Notes: generated by a model from the letters alone, not told the origin. A DNA stretch of 64,000 nt from an uncultured Thermococci archaeon (GCA_964549615.1 CAZJVP010000090.1:17418-81417); one strand, 5' to 3'; counted from the stretch's first letter, positions 29,149 to 40,189 are shown. A program made the numbers and translations.

Positions 29149-31392
29149 CTACAGGTAGGAACCGGGCTCCTCCCTCGTCGGCTTCTCCTTCTTCGCGATC
29201 TCCATCGCCGACCGCCTGAACCTCTTCGAGAGGGCCATATAGCTCTCGAGCTCCTCCGGCGACATGGGCTGAATCTTGGACATCGCCTTCTCGAAGTGCT
29301 CCGCCGTCACCACCGCCTTGGACAGCCCATCCTTGTCCATCTTGCCCCCGGAGGAAACGTACTGCCTGATCGCCAGCATCACGGCTTCGTTGCAGATGGC
29401 CGCGATGTCCGCGCCGGTGTAGTTCTCGGTCTTCCTAGCCAGCTGCTTGAGGTCGACATCCGGCGCGAGCGGTTTGCCCCTCGTGTGGATCTTGAATATC
29501 TCCAGCCTCGCTTCCTCGTCCGGCGGCGGAATGTAGATTGCCCGGTCGAACCTGCCCGGCCTGAGCAGGGCTGGATCGATTATGTCAGGACGGTTGCTGG
29601 CCGCAATCACGGTGACGTCGTTCAGGTCCTCCAATCCGTCTATCTCGGTCAGGAACTGGCTTATCACCCGCTCCGTCACGTTGGAGTCACCGAACATGCG
29701 CCCGCGCACGGGCACGATCGAGTCTATCTCGTCGAAGAATATGATGCACGGAGCTGCCATCTTTGCTTTCCTGAACGTCTCCCTCACCGCCTTCTCGCTT
29801 TCGCCCACCCACTTGGACAGGAACTCCGGCCCCTTCACGCTTATGAAGTTGGCCTCGCTTTCCGTCGCCACCGCCTTGGCCAACAGGGTCTTACCCGTCC
29901 CGGGCGGGCCGTAGAGCAGGATCCCCTTGGGCGGCCTTGCATTCATGTGCGAGAACAAGTCGCGGTACTTGAGCGGCCACTCCACCGATTCCCTCAACTC
30001 CTGCTTCGCCTCCGCGAGGCCGCCGATGTCCGACCAGTGGACGTTGGGGCTCTCCACCAGGACTTCCCTCAGAGCCGACGGCTCCATCTCCCTGAGGGCA
30101 CAGAAGAAGTCCTCCTTGGTCACCCTCAGGCTGTCAAGGACCTCGGCCGGGATGCTCTCGGCCTCTAGGTCGATCTTCGGCAGTGCCCTCCGGATCGCCC
30201 TCATCGCGGCCTCCTTGGCGAGCGCCGCCAGGTCGGCACCAGTGAAGCCGTGGGTGACGTCAGCCAGCGCCTGAAGGTCGACCCCGTCCAGCGGCATCCC
30301 CCTGGTGTGTATCATGAGTATCTCGTGCCTGCCGCTTCTATCGGGTATCCCTATCTCTATCTCCCTGTCAAACCTCCCGGGCCTTCTCAGTGCGGGGTCT
30401 AGGGCATTCGGCCTGTTGGTAGCACCTATGACGACCACTTTGCCCCGCGCCTCAAGGCCGTCCATGAGGGCCAAAAGCTGGGCCACGACCCGCCTCTCGA
30501 CCTCCCCCGTCACCTCCTCTCGCTTGGGCGCGATGGAGTCTATCTCGTCGATGAAAACGATGCTGGGGGCGTTCTCTTGGGCCTGTTTGAAGATCTCCCT
30601 CAGGTTCTCCTCGCTTTGGCCGTAGTATTTGCTCATTATCTCCGGTCCGCTCAGGCTGTAGAAGTTAGAGCTCGTTTCCCCCGCGACGGCCTTGGCCAGG
30701 AGGGTCTTCCCGGTGCCGGGCGGTCCGTGAAGGAGCACTCCCTTGGGCGCCTCGACCCCGAGCTTTTCGAAGAGCTCCGGATGCCGCAGGGGTAGCTCTA
30801 TCATTTCCCTCACCTTCTGGATCTCGTCGCCGAGCCCCCCGATGTCCTCGTAGGTCACCCTAGGCACTCCGGCGAGGACCTGCGGAGCCGGCTTCTCGCT
30901 TATCGTGACCGTGGTGTTATCCGTGATCATCACGGCCGGTCCCGCAGGCTTGGTCGATACGACGGCTAGGTTGATCTTGTTGCCCATTATTGCAAGCTCT
31001 ATGATATCCCCCTTGGTCACGACCCTCCCTTCCAAGAGCCTCGCAATGTAGGGCTCTGCATTGCGAATGCGAAGAGGCTCGGTCGGGGCAAACCCGATGG
31101 ACTCGGCCTCATGTGCCTCCGCAAGCTTGACAGTGACCTTCTCGTCTATGGACACCCCGGCATTTCGACGCGTAACCGCATCGATCCTAACCGTGCCCGT
31201 GCTGACATCCTCCAGATAGCCGGGCCAGGATATTGCATAGGTCGTCCTCTTCCCCTGGATGGACACCACGTCCCCCGACGTGAGTTTGAGTCTCTCCGCG
31301 ATCTGCGGGTCGATCCTCGCTATACCCTTGCCGACGTCTCTCTGTCGAGCATCGGCAACCCTAAGAACTGCCGAATTCTGCGGCTGCGCCAT
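29149..31392 (-). CDS. cdc48: CDC48/VAT AAA+ ATPase
   Basis: Two AAA modules ([27 protein letters not shown]) and N-domain [11 protein letters not shown]. Confidence 0.96.
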   Translation of the reverse strand: MAQPQNSAVLRVADARQRDVGKGIARIDPQIAERLKLTSGDVVSIQGKRTTYAISWPGYLEDVSTGTVRIDAVTRRNAGVSIDEKVTVKLAEAHEAESIGFAPTEPLRIRNAEPYIARLLEGRVVTKGDIIELAIMGNKINLAVVSTKPAGPAVMITDNTTVTISEKPAPQVLAGVPRVTYEDIGGLGDEIQKVREMIELPLRHPELFEKLGVEAPKGVLLHGPPGTGKTLLAKAVAGETSSNFYSLSGPEIMSKYYGQSEENLREIFKQAQENAPSIVFIDEIDSIAPKREEVTGEVERRVVAQLLALMDGLEARGKVVVIGATNRPNALDPALRRPGRFDREIEIGIPDRSGRHEILMIHTRGMPLDGVDLQALADVTHGFTGADLAALAKEAAMRAIRRALPKIDLEAESIPAEVLDSLRVTKEDFFCALREMEPSALREVLVESPNVHWSDIGGLAEAKQELRESVEWPLKYRDLFSHMNARPPKGILLYGPPGTGKTLLAKAVATESEANFISVKGPEFLSKWVGESEKAVRETFRKAKMAAPCIIFFDEIDSIVPVRGRMFGDSNVTERVISQFLTEIDGLEDLNDVTVIAASNRPDIIDPALLRPGRFDRAIYIPPPDEEARLEIFKIHTRGKPLAPDVDLKQLARKTENYTGADIAAICNEAVMLAIRQYVSSGGKMDKDGLSKAVVTAEHFEKAMSKIQPMSPEELESYMALSKRFRRSAMEIAKKEKPTREEPGSYL

Positions 31393-31393
31393 T

Positions 31394-32011
31394 TCACAAT
31401 TCCTCCTCCGAAATCACGTTCATTTCCCGGAGCCTCGTTAGCACGTTCCTGACCATCTCCTCTCTCAGACCGAGACTCCTCGAGACATCTGAAAGCGTGA
31501 AGTGCTCATGAGCCAGGATGTAGTGTAGCACCTCTCTCTCCTCGTAGTCGCTGAACAGATTCTGCACGATCTGTCTCGCCCTCCACAAGTGCTCTTCCTT
31601 GTCCCGTATGAGGTCCAGCATCTGCTTGTCCACCATCGAGATCTGCCGGTTTATCTCGGTCAGGCTCTCCCGAAGCTTCATGAGGTCCTGCGGATTTGCG
31701 TTCTGAGCAGGCCGGGCTTCGTTATCCTTGTGCTCGTCTGAAAGCTCTCCGATCCTTGCCTCGAAAAGGCTGGGCGTCATGTCCAACCGCAAAGATATTC
31801 GCTTGGCCGCCACGTAGCACTTGCGGGCCGGGCCCATCTTGCTCTCCGTTCTCGTACAGCGGACGATCCCGTGCTTCTCGAGGAGGTCGAGGTGCTTCAT
31901 CACGGCCTGCACGCTGAGCCTGAGCTCTTTGGCGAGTTGGAGTGGATAGTGCGGCTCTACAGCGAGCCTCCAGAGTATCCTCCTCCGCGTCGGGTTCTCC
32001 AACAACATCAA
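31394..32011 (-). CDS. ArsR-family HTH heat-shock regulator (HSR1/Phr-like)
   Basis: [10 protein letters not shown]...[11 protein letters not shown]...GPARKCY wHTH plus coiled coil; lies between hsp20 and cdc48; start approximate. Confidence 0.8.
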   Translation of the reverse strand: MMLLENPTRRRILWRLAVEPHYPLQLAKELRLSVQAVMKHLDLLEKHGIVRCTRTESKMGPARKCYVAAKRISLRLDMTPSLFEARIGELSDEHKDNEARPAQNANPQDLMKLRESLTEINRQISMVDKQMLDLIRDKEEHLWRARQIVQNLFSDYEEREVLHYILAHEHFTLSDVSRSLGLREEMVRNVLTRLREMNVISEEEL

Positions 32012-32090
32012 AAGGTCGTCAAGCTCGGGCAGAAGAGATACCTCCTCGAGAAAAAGGAGAGGCCCCTTCGCGTGAAGGGGCGAATCGAGA

Positions 32091-32684
32091 CTACTCGATC
32101 TCGATCTTCTTGCCCTTCCTGGCGGGGCCGGACTTCTCTAGGACCACCTCAAGAACTCCGTTGTTGTACTTGGCCTTCGCGGATTCCGGCTTCACTGTAA
32201 CCGGGAGGTCTATGTCCTTGTAGTACTTCCTCTTCTCTGTGTCAACCCTGATGCCCAGGCTGTTCTCGGTGGTTTCCAGATTGATGTCGCTCTTATCGAC
32301 CCCGGGCAGCTCTGCCGTCACTATGACTTGCTTATCGGTCTCTTGCACGTCAACCAACGGCTCCCTCCCGCCTGGCAGGCCCTCTCTCATCCCAGATGCG
32401 ATCCCCCTTATGTTGCCGAATTCCTCGATGTGGGGAATCCCATCCGGGCCCATACGCATCGACCATCCATAGACGTAGGGCCCGCCCTCCTCGGGCGACT
32501 TCAACTCGCCCCTTCGAGCCTTCTCGAAGAGACGGTTCATCTCCTCCCTCATCTGCCTCATGCTCTCGTCGAACTCTCTGAAGAAATCGCTCCTGTCAAA
32601 GAAGCTCCTGCCAAAGAACTCATCCTCTATCCAATCAAACGGGTCCCGCCTTCGGGGCCTTCTTGTCCACCAAGACATCCCCAT
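32091..32684 (-). CDS. hsp20: Small heat shock protein
   Basis: GPYVYGWSM...EFGN, REPLVDV, AELPGV, AKYNNGVLEV; GAGGTG RBS. Confidence 0.95.
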   Translation of the reverse strand: MGMSWWTRRPRRRDPFDWIEDEFFGRSFFDRSDFFREFDESMRQMREEMNRLFEKARRGELKSPEEGGPYVYGWSMRMGPDGIPHIEEFGNIRGIASGMREGLPGGREPLVDVQETDKQVIVTAELPGVDKSDINLETTENSLGIRVDTEKRKYYKDIDLPVTVKPESAKAKYNNGVLEVVLEKSGPARKGKKIEIE

Positions 32685-32754
32685 CACCTCTCCTTCTTTT
32701 TTTGAGGTCGTGCTTGACGGTTGGCCCAAGCGGCCGCAGGCAATGCAGCCCCCT

Positions 32755-32798
32755 GGTTATCAACCTGAAGTTAATAACTGCCGAGGTAATATAAAAAC
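32755..32798 (-). promoter_or_regulatory. hsp20 operon promoter with operator-like inverted repeats
   Basis: TTTTTATA on the minus strand at ~32790-97; GGTT-ATC-AACC (32755-65), AGTTA-A-TAACT (32769-79), AAC-N5-GTT (32762-72). Confidence 0.6.
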
Positions 32799-32881
32799 TT
32801 AACGCTTCAGCGCCTTCGGAGCCAATCTGCTGCAAATACCGGCATAGCAACCGCTTTATCCGGGCCGTCCAACGCCCGGGC

Positions 32882-33757
32882 GTGGGTTTCCCACGCGAGC
32901 GCCCGGCCATCAAGCCATCCGTGGCCCTGTCCATCAGCGTCGCCTCGGCATCGACGGCCGCAATACTCATCCGTCTTACGTCCGCACGCCCGCTCGCGAT
33001 CGCGGCCCTCAGGATGAGCTTCGCAGCGCTGTTGTTGCTTCCCTTCCTTGGAGTCGAAGGTGTTCGCCGGTTGACCATGCTCGATCGGAGGGACGCGAGA
33101 GCACTTCTGGCCATAGGGTTCTGCCTGGCCATGCACTTTGCTCTCTGGGTCACCTCGTTGCGATACACGTCGGTTGCGGCATCTGTTCTCATGGTTTCGA
33201 CGTCGCCCATCTTCGTCGCGCTCTTTGGTAGAATGCTTCTGCGCGAGAGAATTGCCTCGATGGCGGCAGTGGGAATAGCGCTGGCGATCGCGGGAATGGC
33301 GTCGATCGTCCTATCCCGCGGCGCGCTGCCGGGAGATCTTCGGGGCACAACGATGTCCATCCTCGCGGCAGTAGCGGTGTCCGGGTACCTCATCGGGGGA
33401 AGGAGGCTTCGGCAGAGGGTCGCACTGGTCACCTACGCCTTCTGCGTCTACGCCGCGGCCGCCATGGTCCTCCTCATCATGGCCGCCTTCACCGGGGCAA
33501 AGCTCGTTGGCCTGCGGCCCAGGGATTATGCAATGCTCATCCTGCTGGGCATCGTCCCAAGCCATCTCGGCCACACGCTCTACAACTACCTGCTGAGGTA
33601 TCTCGACGCAAAGGTAATCGCCGTGTCGACTCTGGGGGAGCCGCTTCTCTCCTCGCTGCTCGCCTACGCGATCTTGGGCGAGTCGCCGGGGGCCGCGATG
33701 TTCCTCGGGGCACCGTTGGTTCTTCTTGGCATCTACCTCACGGCAAAGGCAAGCTAG
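32882..33757 (+). CDS. EamA/DMT family transporter
   Basis: About ten hydrophobic segments, HFALWVTSLRYTSVA, GHTLYNYLL, LGEP. Confidence 0.9.
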   Translation: MGFPRERPAIKPSVALSISVASASTAAILIRLTSARPLAIAALRMSFAALLLLPFLGVEGVRRLTMLDRRDARALLAIGFCLAMHFALWVTSLRYTSVAASVLMVSTSPIFVALFGRMLLRERIASMAAVGIALAIAGMASIVLSRGALPGDLRGTTMSILAAVAVSGYLIGGRRLRQRVALVTYAFCVYAAAAMVLLIMAAFTGAKLVGLRPRDYAMLILLGIVPSHLGHTLYNYLLRYLDAKVIAVSTLGEPLLSSLLAYAILGESPGAAMFLGAPLVLLGIYLTAKAS

Positions 33758-33780
33758 GGGCGTCGAGCTGCCCTTTGCTT

Positions 33781-35907
33781 TCACGCATCTTTCCCAACCT
33801 CGGCAAGGATCGGGTCAAGCGGACGAAGGATGAGCTCCCCATCGCTTGCCTGTTCGGACAGGAGATCGTGGATCGTGACGGCAGGGCCCTCGGGAAGCGT
33901 CCACCTGACCGTCAGATCGCGCCGAAGCAGGTTGACTGCGTTAAGCAGCCATCGGTCGCCCAGACGGACGTCGAGCCACTCGACGCCCCATGCGATCTCA
34001 CCGGATGAATCTGCGGGGAAGATCGCAGGCCGCCCCAAATGTCTAAGCAGAAACGAGCGCAGCTTCCGAGGATCCAGCCCGGCCTTAATCGTCGGAGCCC
34101 TGGCGAGGGCTGAGGCAACGCTTGCTGGAAGCGGCCTGTCATGCTCGTCGAACTCTGGGGCGTCACCTACGACGATCAGCTTGCCTCCCCTCCTGGTGAA
34201 CTCGGCAAGCGTCTTGCCGACCTCGCCCTCGACGTGATGCGCGTTCGTCACGATCAGAACCGGAAGCATCCCCGGTCCCGGAACCGCCCCGGCTGCGACG
34301 AAGCCTATCCTTCTTCCGGTGAAGTTGAGTGCCTCGTAGACCTTCTTCAGCTCGGTGAGATGGGCATCGTCGTAAACGATCGACGCGATCGAGTACACGA
34401 GTCCGACGGCCGGCCGCACCCCTTGAAGGGCGGTTACCTCTTCCGAGAACCGCATGAGGTCCAGAGAAGTCTCGCCAACCGCCCGAACGCATAGGGGCCG
34501 GTGCATTATGCTCCCGGCAAAATCGCTTGCCTCATCGTAGGTCCTCTCCCAGACCCATATGGTCGTCGCGCACTGCCCGTGGATGGCGCCCTGCCAGAGG
34601 GCGGTCCTGACGTGCTTCCAAGGGATCCTTTCCCGTTCCCTATCCTTGATGATGTGGTTCTCGCTGTTGAATACGGGCCTGTTGGCAAAGGAGCGAAGAA
34701 GGTCGTAGAACATGTTCTGCGTGAGCCATTCCTGGGCATACTCATCCCCTTCATGTCTGTACATGCACCAGCAGTCGTTGCCATTGACCTGTAAGAGTTG
34801 GCAGAACAGCCGAGGGTCAACGCCGTTAGCGATCGCCCGACGGTCGAAGATGGTGGGCATGATCTTGGCGTGGACGGCTATCTCGGGCGCAATACCATGC
34901 ACGATCTGGGCCATCCAACGATGCCAGTCTGCGAACCGTTCCTGGTTGAACACACACCACTCATAGTACAGCGGGGTTGGCTGGACGCAACGCCAGTCCG
35001 GGATCGGGAACGCTTCGAAGCTTGGGGCGTCCGTGCGAAGCTTCTCCCTTGCCTCCTTTAGGTTTCCTCCGAAGGCTTTCTGCAGGTGCGCGGCCCAAAG
35101 GGATCTTGTGTACCGATCTTCCGCGCATGTTCGGTAGATGGGCTCGTTCGTAAGGCAGATGCTGTGAAGGGCCGGCTTGTCCTTCACCCTCGAAATGACC
35201 AACCTGATGTGCCGAGCAATCACGTCGCGGGCCTCGGGCGCATCTATGCAGAACTTGATGAATCCCCCTTCGCACCTTGACAGATGTGGGTATTGCCTGA
35301 ACGCCCATTCCGGGAAGTAGTGAGGAGACAAGAGGAGGCATATCGAGACGTTGTGCTCGGCCGCGCGGTCAAAAGTCTCAAGGACCCCCTCAAGCCTTCG
35401 GGTCTCCATTTCCTTCGGCCCGACGACGGTCGAGCTGGGGCCGATCTCGATCTGGATGACGTTGACCCCGTACTCATCGAACTTGGGAAGATCCCTCCTC
35501 ACCTGATCGAAATGTCCGTATCCCGTGAATATGATCGGGGAGATCTCGTTGCTGCCGTCCGGCCACCTACGCATAGCCTGGAAATGCCCGTCCCGAACCG
35601 CGATCTTGGAGGTCCGGAACTTGGGAACCGTTGGAGGAGTTGAGCGCCCGTCAAGAAAGGCGCGGATCTGGGACCTTGCATCGGCCAAGATCCAAAAGAG
35701 CTCTTCGGCTGTTGTCTGGGCCCTAGAGAACTCGCCGTGAGAGAGGTCCTGAAGCCCGTATGGGATGAAGTCCTTCAGGACCCTCAGAGCTAGCTTCTGG
35801 TAGGCAAGGTTGAGGCCATTTTGCTCAAGGTGGGCGAGCTCGCGCTCCAGATCGTTTGTCTCCCTTTGCAGGCGGGCGAACTGTTCGGGTAGATCTCCTG
35901 TCGCCAT
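33781..35907 (-). CDS. GH42-like beta-galactosidase family glycoside hydrolase
   Basis: SPHYFPEW, LTNEP (acid/base), FNSENH (nucleophile-like), trimerisation-like C-domain. Confidence 0.65.
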   Translation of the reverse strand: MATGDLPEQFARLQRETNDLERELAHLEQNGLNLAYQKLALRVLKDFIPYGLQDLSHGEFSRAQTTAEELFWILADARSQIRAFLDGRSTPPTVPKFRTSKIAVRDGHFQAMRRWPDGSNEISPIIFTGYGHFDQVRRDLPKFDEYGVNVIQIEIGPSSTVVGPKEMETRRLEGVLETFDRAAEHNVSICLLLSPHYFPEWAFRQYPHLSRCEGGFIKFCIDAPEARDVIARHIRLVISRVKDKPALHSICLTNEPIYRTCAEDRYTRSLWAAHLQKAFGGNLKEAREKLRTDAPSFEAFPIPDWRCVQPTPLYYEWCVFNQERFADWHRWMAQIVHGIAPEIAVHAKIMPTIFDRRAIANGVDPRLFCQLLQVNGNDCWCMYRHEGDEYAQEWLTQNMFYDLLRSFANRPVFNSENHIIKDRERERIPWKHVRTALWQGAIHGQCATTIWVWERTYDEASDFAGSIMHRPLCVRAVGETSLDLMRFSEEVTALQGVRPAVGLVYSIASIVYDDAHLTELKKVYEALNFTGRRIGFVAAGAVPGPGMLPVLIVTNAHHVEGEVGKTLAEFTRRGGKLIVVGDAPEFDEHDRPLPASVASALARAPTIKAGLDPRKLRSFLLRHLGRPAIFPADSSGEIAWGVEWLDVRLGDRWLLNAVNLLRRDLTVRWTLPEGPAVTIHDLLSEQASDGELILRPLDPILAEVGKDA

Positions 35908-35924
35908 GGTTTTCGGGTCAACCC

Positions 35925-37529
35925 TTAGGGCCTGTTATATTGATTTGGCAAACCGGTAGGGGGATCGCAGTTCTGGGCCCCTTCCTTGTCGCAGAGACCT
36001 CTCGCATATATGCGAACATCCCTCAGAGATCCCTTGAAGTAGTCGTGCTCCCCGAATCCTATCATCAAGGGTCTAGAGTTGGTTACGTTCACCCTCCGGC
36101 TCCCGAGCTTCTCACGGGCGACGGTCCTTCCGTTCACCAGCAGGCAGAGCTCCCGCGACCGTCTTACGGCAACGATGTGCTGCCAACCGGCCTTAAGCTC
36201 CCAGTCGTGCGTCACGCAGCACCCGGCAGTCAGGGAGTGAACATGGCCGGAGGGGAGGGTCCCGCAGAACAATTTCCCTCTGAACACCGCCATCGACCAT
36301 GCCCTCCTGTATTTGACGCCCGGCGTGGCATCCAGCTGGCCCACGTCCACCCAATCGCGCCCGCCGTCGTACCTGTAGACGCGGGCCGAGGGCAGGGTCC
36401 CTGCGTATAGCTTCCCGTTGAAAACAGCCATCCCCATGACCTCCATTTCCTCGCCCAGCCTGCCGCAGTCCTGCCATCCATCCCCGGACATTCTGAACAC
36501 CCTCCCGGAGGGCCAGGTGCCCACGCAAAGGCTTCCGCGGTGTATGGCAAACGAATAGGTCTGAGTGTTCCCAGGAGGAGTCCCGCAATCGGACCAAGAG
36601 GAGCCACCCTCGTAGCGGTAGACGCCGCCTCGCTCGGCGTCCCAACCTGACCCGTATAGGTGTCCGCGGTACACGGTGAGCGCTTCGACCCGACCGCCGG
36701 GGTTCCCGCAGTCCGTCCACTCCCTTGCTGCCTCATACCTGAACAGGCCGGCAGGAGCGTACATGGACGAGGCGTAGAGCCTGCCGGAGAACACGGCGAG
36801 CCCACCGATCGCCTCGCCCCGGCCGACCTTGCCACAGTCGGTCCAACTCCTTCCGCCCTCGTAGCGAAAGACCCTTCCCCCGGGCGTCATATTCTCTGAC
36901 TCAGGCAATGCCGACCCGGATGAGCGGTAGTGGGACGCAGCAGCATACAGCTTCCCATCGTACACGGCCAAAGATGTGATGGCGTTGCTCGGATGAGGGC
37001 TTCCGCAGTCGATCCAGGTCGTCCTGCCGGCGTAGCGATAGACGTGTCCGCGTTGCTCCTCACCGATCTCGAACGTGCCGGCGTACAGCCCGCCCCGGTA
37101 CACGCACAGGGACCAGACTAGGACGGCTTGGCCTGGACGCCCGCAGTCAGCCCACTTCGGTGCTAGACCGGCATCGACTCCGAAGAAGAGGTTCCTGTAG
37201 TTTGGCTGGGACGAGACCACGCCATGGAGGTTCAGAATCGAAATGTTGAATCCCGTCCGCGACTCGGGGTCGTACTTGGTAAGGATGTCCCCCAACGCGT
37301 CATCCAGCTTGGCGTCGGTATGAACCCAAGCGGCGATGGAGAACTCGCCTTCACCCAGGTGCAGGAACGCGTCATCCGGAACCTCGACGTAGGAGTCGAC
37401 GCCGGTGAACCTGGCGCCACTAGGAGCCAATTCGACCCCACGGCAAACCCCGTGGTTATCATTACCTGAGGAATCCTTGCAATCGCCCTGCAGCCTCCAC
37501 CGGCCAACCATATCGTCTTCCAAGTCCAT
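35925..37529 (-). CDS. LamG-like domain protein with internal beta-propeller repeats
   Basis: FSIAAWV, WQHIVAV...LLVNG and FKGSLRDVRIY (LamG) flanking repeats of LAVYxGxLYAG...VYRYEGG..WxDCG. Confidence 0.7.
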   Translation of the reverse strand: MDLEDDMVGRWRLQGDCKDSSGNDNHGVCRGVELAPSGARFTGVDSYVEVPDDAFLHLGEGEFSIAAWVHTDAKLDDALGDILTKYDPESRTGFNISILNLHGVVSSQPNYRNLFFGVDAGLAPKWADCGRPGQAVLVWSLCVYRGGLYAGTFEIGEEQRGHVYRYAGRTTWIDCGSPHPSNAITSLAVYDGKLYAAASHYRSSGSALPESENMTPGGRVFRYEGGRSWTDCGKVGRGEAIGGLAVFSGRLYASSMYAPAGLFRYEAAREWTDCGNPGGRVEALTVYRGHLYGSGWDAERGGVYRYEGGSSWSDCGTPPGNTQTYSFAIHRGSLCVGTWPSGRVFRMSGDGWQDCGRLGEEMEVMGMAVFNGKLYAGTLPSARVYRYDGGRDWVDVGQLDATPGVKYRRAWSMAVFRGKLFCGTLPSGHVHSLTAGCCVTHDWELKAGWQHIVAVRRSRELCLLVNGRTVAREKLGSRRVNVTNSRPLMIGFGEHDYFKGSLRDVRIYARGLCDKEGAQNCDPPTGLPNQYNRP

Positions 37530-37663
37530 CGCAGCTCACCCGGTATTGCCCCCGGCTTCTTCCATCGAGGAACTCTGCGCGAACGATGAACACAGCCTTT
37601 CGGGATGGCCATGCCGACGCGGCCAACCCTGATCCCCACCTCGGACGAAACGCGGGATCATGC

Positions 37664-38083
37664 CTAGAACACTTGAACGTTGACCAAGGTCGGCAACTTG
37701 CGCTTGAGCCTCTGGACTTCATAACCATAAAGGTAGCTGCGCGGTTCTATCTCCAAGATGCCGAAGATGATCTTGGACTGCTTCCTTTCCATTTCGCCTC
37801 CCGCGTCCACCCCGATCAGTTGGTAGAAATCCGATCCTAGTTGCTGGGCTGGCGCTAGGTAGATGGGAAGCGAGAGGCCTTGAAGTTCATCCTTGCCCAG
37901 GAGTGCCACCACCTTGTCGAGATCCCTTCGATCGACCGCGAACTCGGTTCCGTCCCTGGATGTGAAATGAGGCTTTGGCTCGCCGAGGAGAACCAAGATC
38001 GGCTTGGCCAACGGCATCGAAAGCCTTGAGCGACGCCTCTCAAACTCGATGGCCTTCTGGAGCTTCTCGAATCCTTCGCCCAC
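37664..38083 (-). CDS. DUF61-like archaeal protein
   Basis: LLGEPKPHFTSRDG, LSLPI, YLYGYEVQRLKRKLPT; GTG start at 38083. Confidence 0.65.
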   Translation of the reverse strand: MGEGFEKLQKAIEFERRRSRLSMPLAKPILVLLGEPKPHFTSRDGTEFAVDRRDLDKVVALLGKDELQGLSLPIYLAPAQQLGSDFYQLIGVDAGGEMERKQSKIIFGILEIEPRSYLYGYEVQRLKRKLPTLVNVQVF

Positions 38084-38343
38084 ATCGATCGCTCGTCTCC
38101 GGCAAAGATAACTTTCGCTCAAGCGCGGCCAAGCTCGGCGACATCCATTCCGGCATCTGACCCGGCTTCCTTCCGCCTCATAACCAAGGTGGCGCAGTGA
38201 CGGACGCGGCAAGGGCGGGCAGACATCGCAGGCCTTCCCAGGGACACGAGGCGCGAGGTCGATGGCGGCAGCGTGCCCGCCACGATGTGGCCGATTGGAG
38301 CACATTATTCTTTAACGCATCCGCTCTGCTGTAGCTGAGGCCA

Positions 38344-39078
38344 ATGCGCGGAAGACTGAGACTTGGGGACTACCTCGCGCCTACAACGGTTGACTGGCCG
38401 GGAAAATGCGCGATGATAGTGTGGTTTGCCGGCTGCAACTTCAGGTGCCCCTACTGCCAGAATGCGAGCATCGTCCCCCCGGGGTCGGGTAGGGATTGTC
38501 CAATTGACGAGCTTAAGTCCGCGATAGACGAAAACGTGATCTGGATCGACGGCGTGGTCTTCTCAGGCGGCGAGCCTACGCTGCAGGAACGGGCCCTCAT
38601 GGAGCTCTCAGCCCACGTGAAGGAGAAAAAAAGGGGCGTTTTGGTGGACACCAATGGGTCAAGGCCTACAGTGTTGGAGACGATGCTGAACGAGGGCTTG
38701 GTAGACCACGTGAGCCTGGATCTGAAGGCGTCCCCGGAGAGGTACCCGCAGGTGACGGGCGCAGTCGAGGGTGCGGCTGCGAGGGTCCTGGAATCGCTCG
38801 AGCTGTCGCTCGAATCGAAGGCCGTCACCGAGGTCCGGACGACGGTGGTTCCCGGGCTGGTGGGCGCGAAGGACATAGAGTCGATCGCAAAGCTGGCGAA
38901 GGAGTGCGACGTGTACTACCTCCAACAGTTCCGTCCCGAGGGCGACCTACTCGACAAGTCCCTCGTGTCGGTGAGACCTCCCACGCACAGGGAGCTGGTC
39001 CGGCTCGGAGCGATCGCCAAGAGGTACGTCGCCAAGGTGGGCGTCAAGACCAGGGAGTTCGGGGTGCAGTACATCTAG
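38344..39078 (+). CDS. Anaerobic ribonucleotide reductase activating-type radical SAM protein
   Basis: VDWPGK...GCNFRCPYCQN, FSGGEPTLQ, DTNGS, EVRTTVVP, YYLQQFRP. Confidence 0.85.
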   Translation: MRGRLRLGDYLAPTTVDWPGKCAMIVWFAGCNFRCPYCQNASIVPPGSGRDCPIDELKSAIDENVIWIDGVVFSGGEPTLQERALMELSAHVKEKKRGVLVDTNGSRPTVLETMLNEGLVDHVSLDLKASPERYPQVTGAVEGAAARVLESLELSLESKAVTEVRTTVVPGLVGAKDIESIAKLAKECDVYYLQQFRPEGDLLDKSLVSVRPPTHRELVRLGAIAKRYVAKVGVKTREFGVQYI

Positions 39079-39142
39079 GCTTCCAAGGGCCACAGCAGGC
39101 CCATGCCAAACGCTTTTCTGTAACCAGCGATTTCCCTTACCC

Positions 39143-40189
39143 ATGCCGAGGCTGAGAACAAATGAGGTCGTATTCCCGATCAGCGAGTCGAATCCCAGGA
39201 ATGGGGAGGGGGACATCGCAGAGCTCAAGGACGGGCGGCTCCTCCTGGCGTACACGGAGTTCTACGGGGGCAGCGCGGACGGTTCGGCGGCAAGGATTTC
39301 GGGCAGGATCTCGGAGGACGGGGGATTCACCTGGGGCCCACCCTTCGTGCTTCAGCCCAACGTCGGAAGGCTGAACGTCATGTCCGTCAGCTTGGAGCGT
39401 CTGAGCTCGGGCGACCTCGGCTTCCTCTACCTTGTGAAAAATGGTCCTGACGACTGCAAGGCCTACCTCCGGAAGTCAAGCGACGACGGCGCCAACTGGT
39501 CCGAGCCCGTCTGTGCCACCCCTGAGAGGGGATACCACGTGGTGAACAACGACAGGCTGGTGGAGCTGTCGGGGGGCCGGCTCATCGTCCCGGCGTGCAG
39601 CTTCCCCGAGGGAATCCAAGTGTGGCGGAACTGGGCCACGGTTTTCTACTCGGACGATGGCGGCCACAGTTGGCAGAGATCGGTCTCGGAGCTGGCCGTT
39701 GAGGGATCCAAGTCGGGCATGCAGGAACCCGGGGTGGTCGAGCTGAAGGACGGGAGCCTGCTCATGTTCATGAGGTGCGACCTCGGGTACATCTACCAGT
39801 CCAGATCCTTCGACGGCGGGCTGACGTGGTCTGAGCCCCGTCCCACCCAACTCCGCGCGCCGGTCTCCCCGAGTACCCTGAAGAGGATTCCATCGACAGG
39901 CGACCTTCTAGTGATCTGGAACAACCGGGAGAACGCCCCAGAATCGGAGCCATTCTCCCGCAGGACGCCCTTGACCTCGGCCATCTCCCAGGACGAGGGC
40001 GCGAGCTGGGGTCATTTCCGGGATGTTGAATCGGACCGAACCAGAACCTACTGCTACACGAGCGTCACCTTCGTTGGTGAGAGGGCCCTCCTATCGTACT
40101 ACATCTCTGAAAGGCTGCCGCAGGGCGAGAGGGTCCTAGCATCGCTCAAGGTGAAGATCTTGGATCAGAGCTGGTTTTACGGCAGCTGA
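39143..40189 (+). CDS. Sialidase-like BNR/Asp-box protein
   Basis: Asp-boxes SEDGGFTW, SSDDGANW, SDDGGHSW, SFDGGLTW, SQDEGASW. Confidence 0.85.
   Translation: MPRLRTNEVVFPISESNPRNGEGDIAELKDGRLLLAYTEFYGGSADGSAARISGRISEDGGFTWGPPFVLQPNVGRLNVMSVSLERLSSGDLGFLYLVKNGPDDCKAYLRKSSDDGANWSEPVCATPERGYHVVNNDRLVELSGGRLIVPACSFPEGIQVWRNWATVFYSDDGGHSWQRSVSELAVEGSKSGMQEPGVVELKDGSLLMFMRCDLGYIYQSRSFDGGLTWSEPRPTQLRAPVSPSTLKRIPSTGDLLVIWNNRENAPESEPFSRRTPLTSAISQDEGASWGHFRDVESDRTRTYCYTSVTFVGERALLSYYISERLPQGERVLASLKVKILDQSWFYGS

Noticed and set aside
29032-30168. Long antisense/alternative ORFs (also 5220-6191, 51659-52816, 62571-63524 and others)
   Set aside because: They are shadow ORFs of well-supported genes, as expected in GC-rich DNA.
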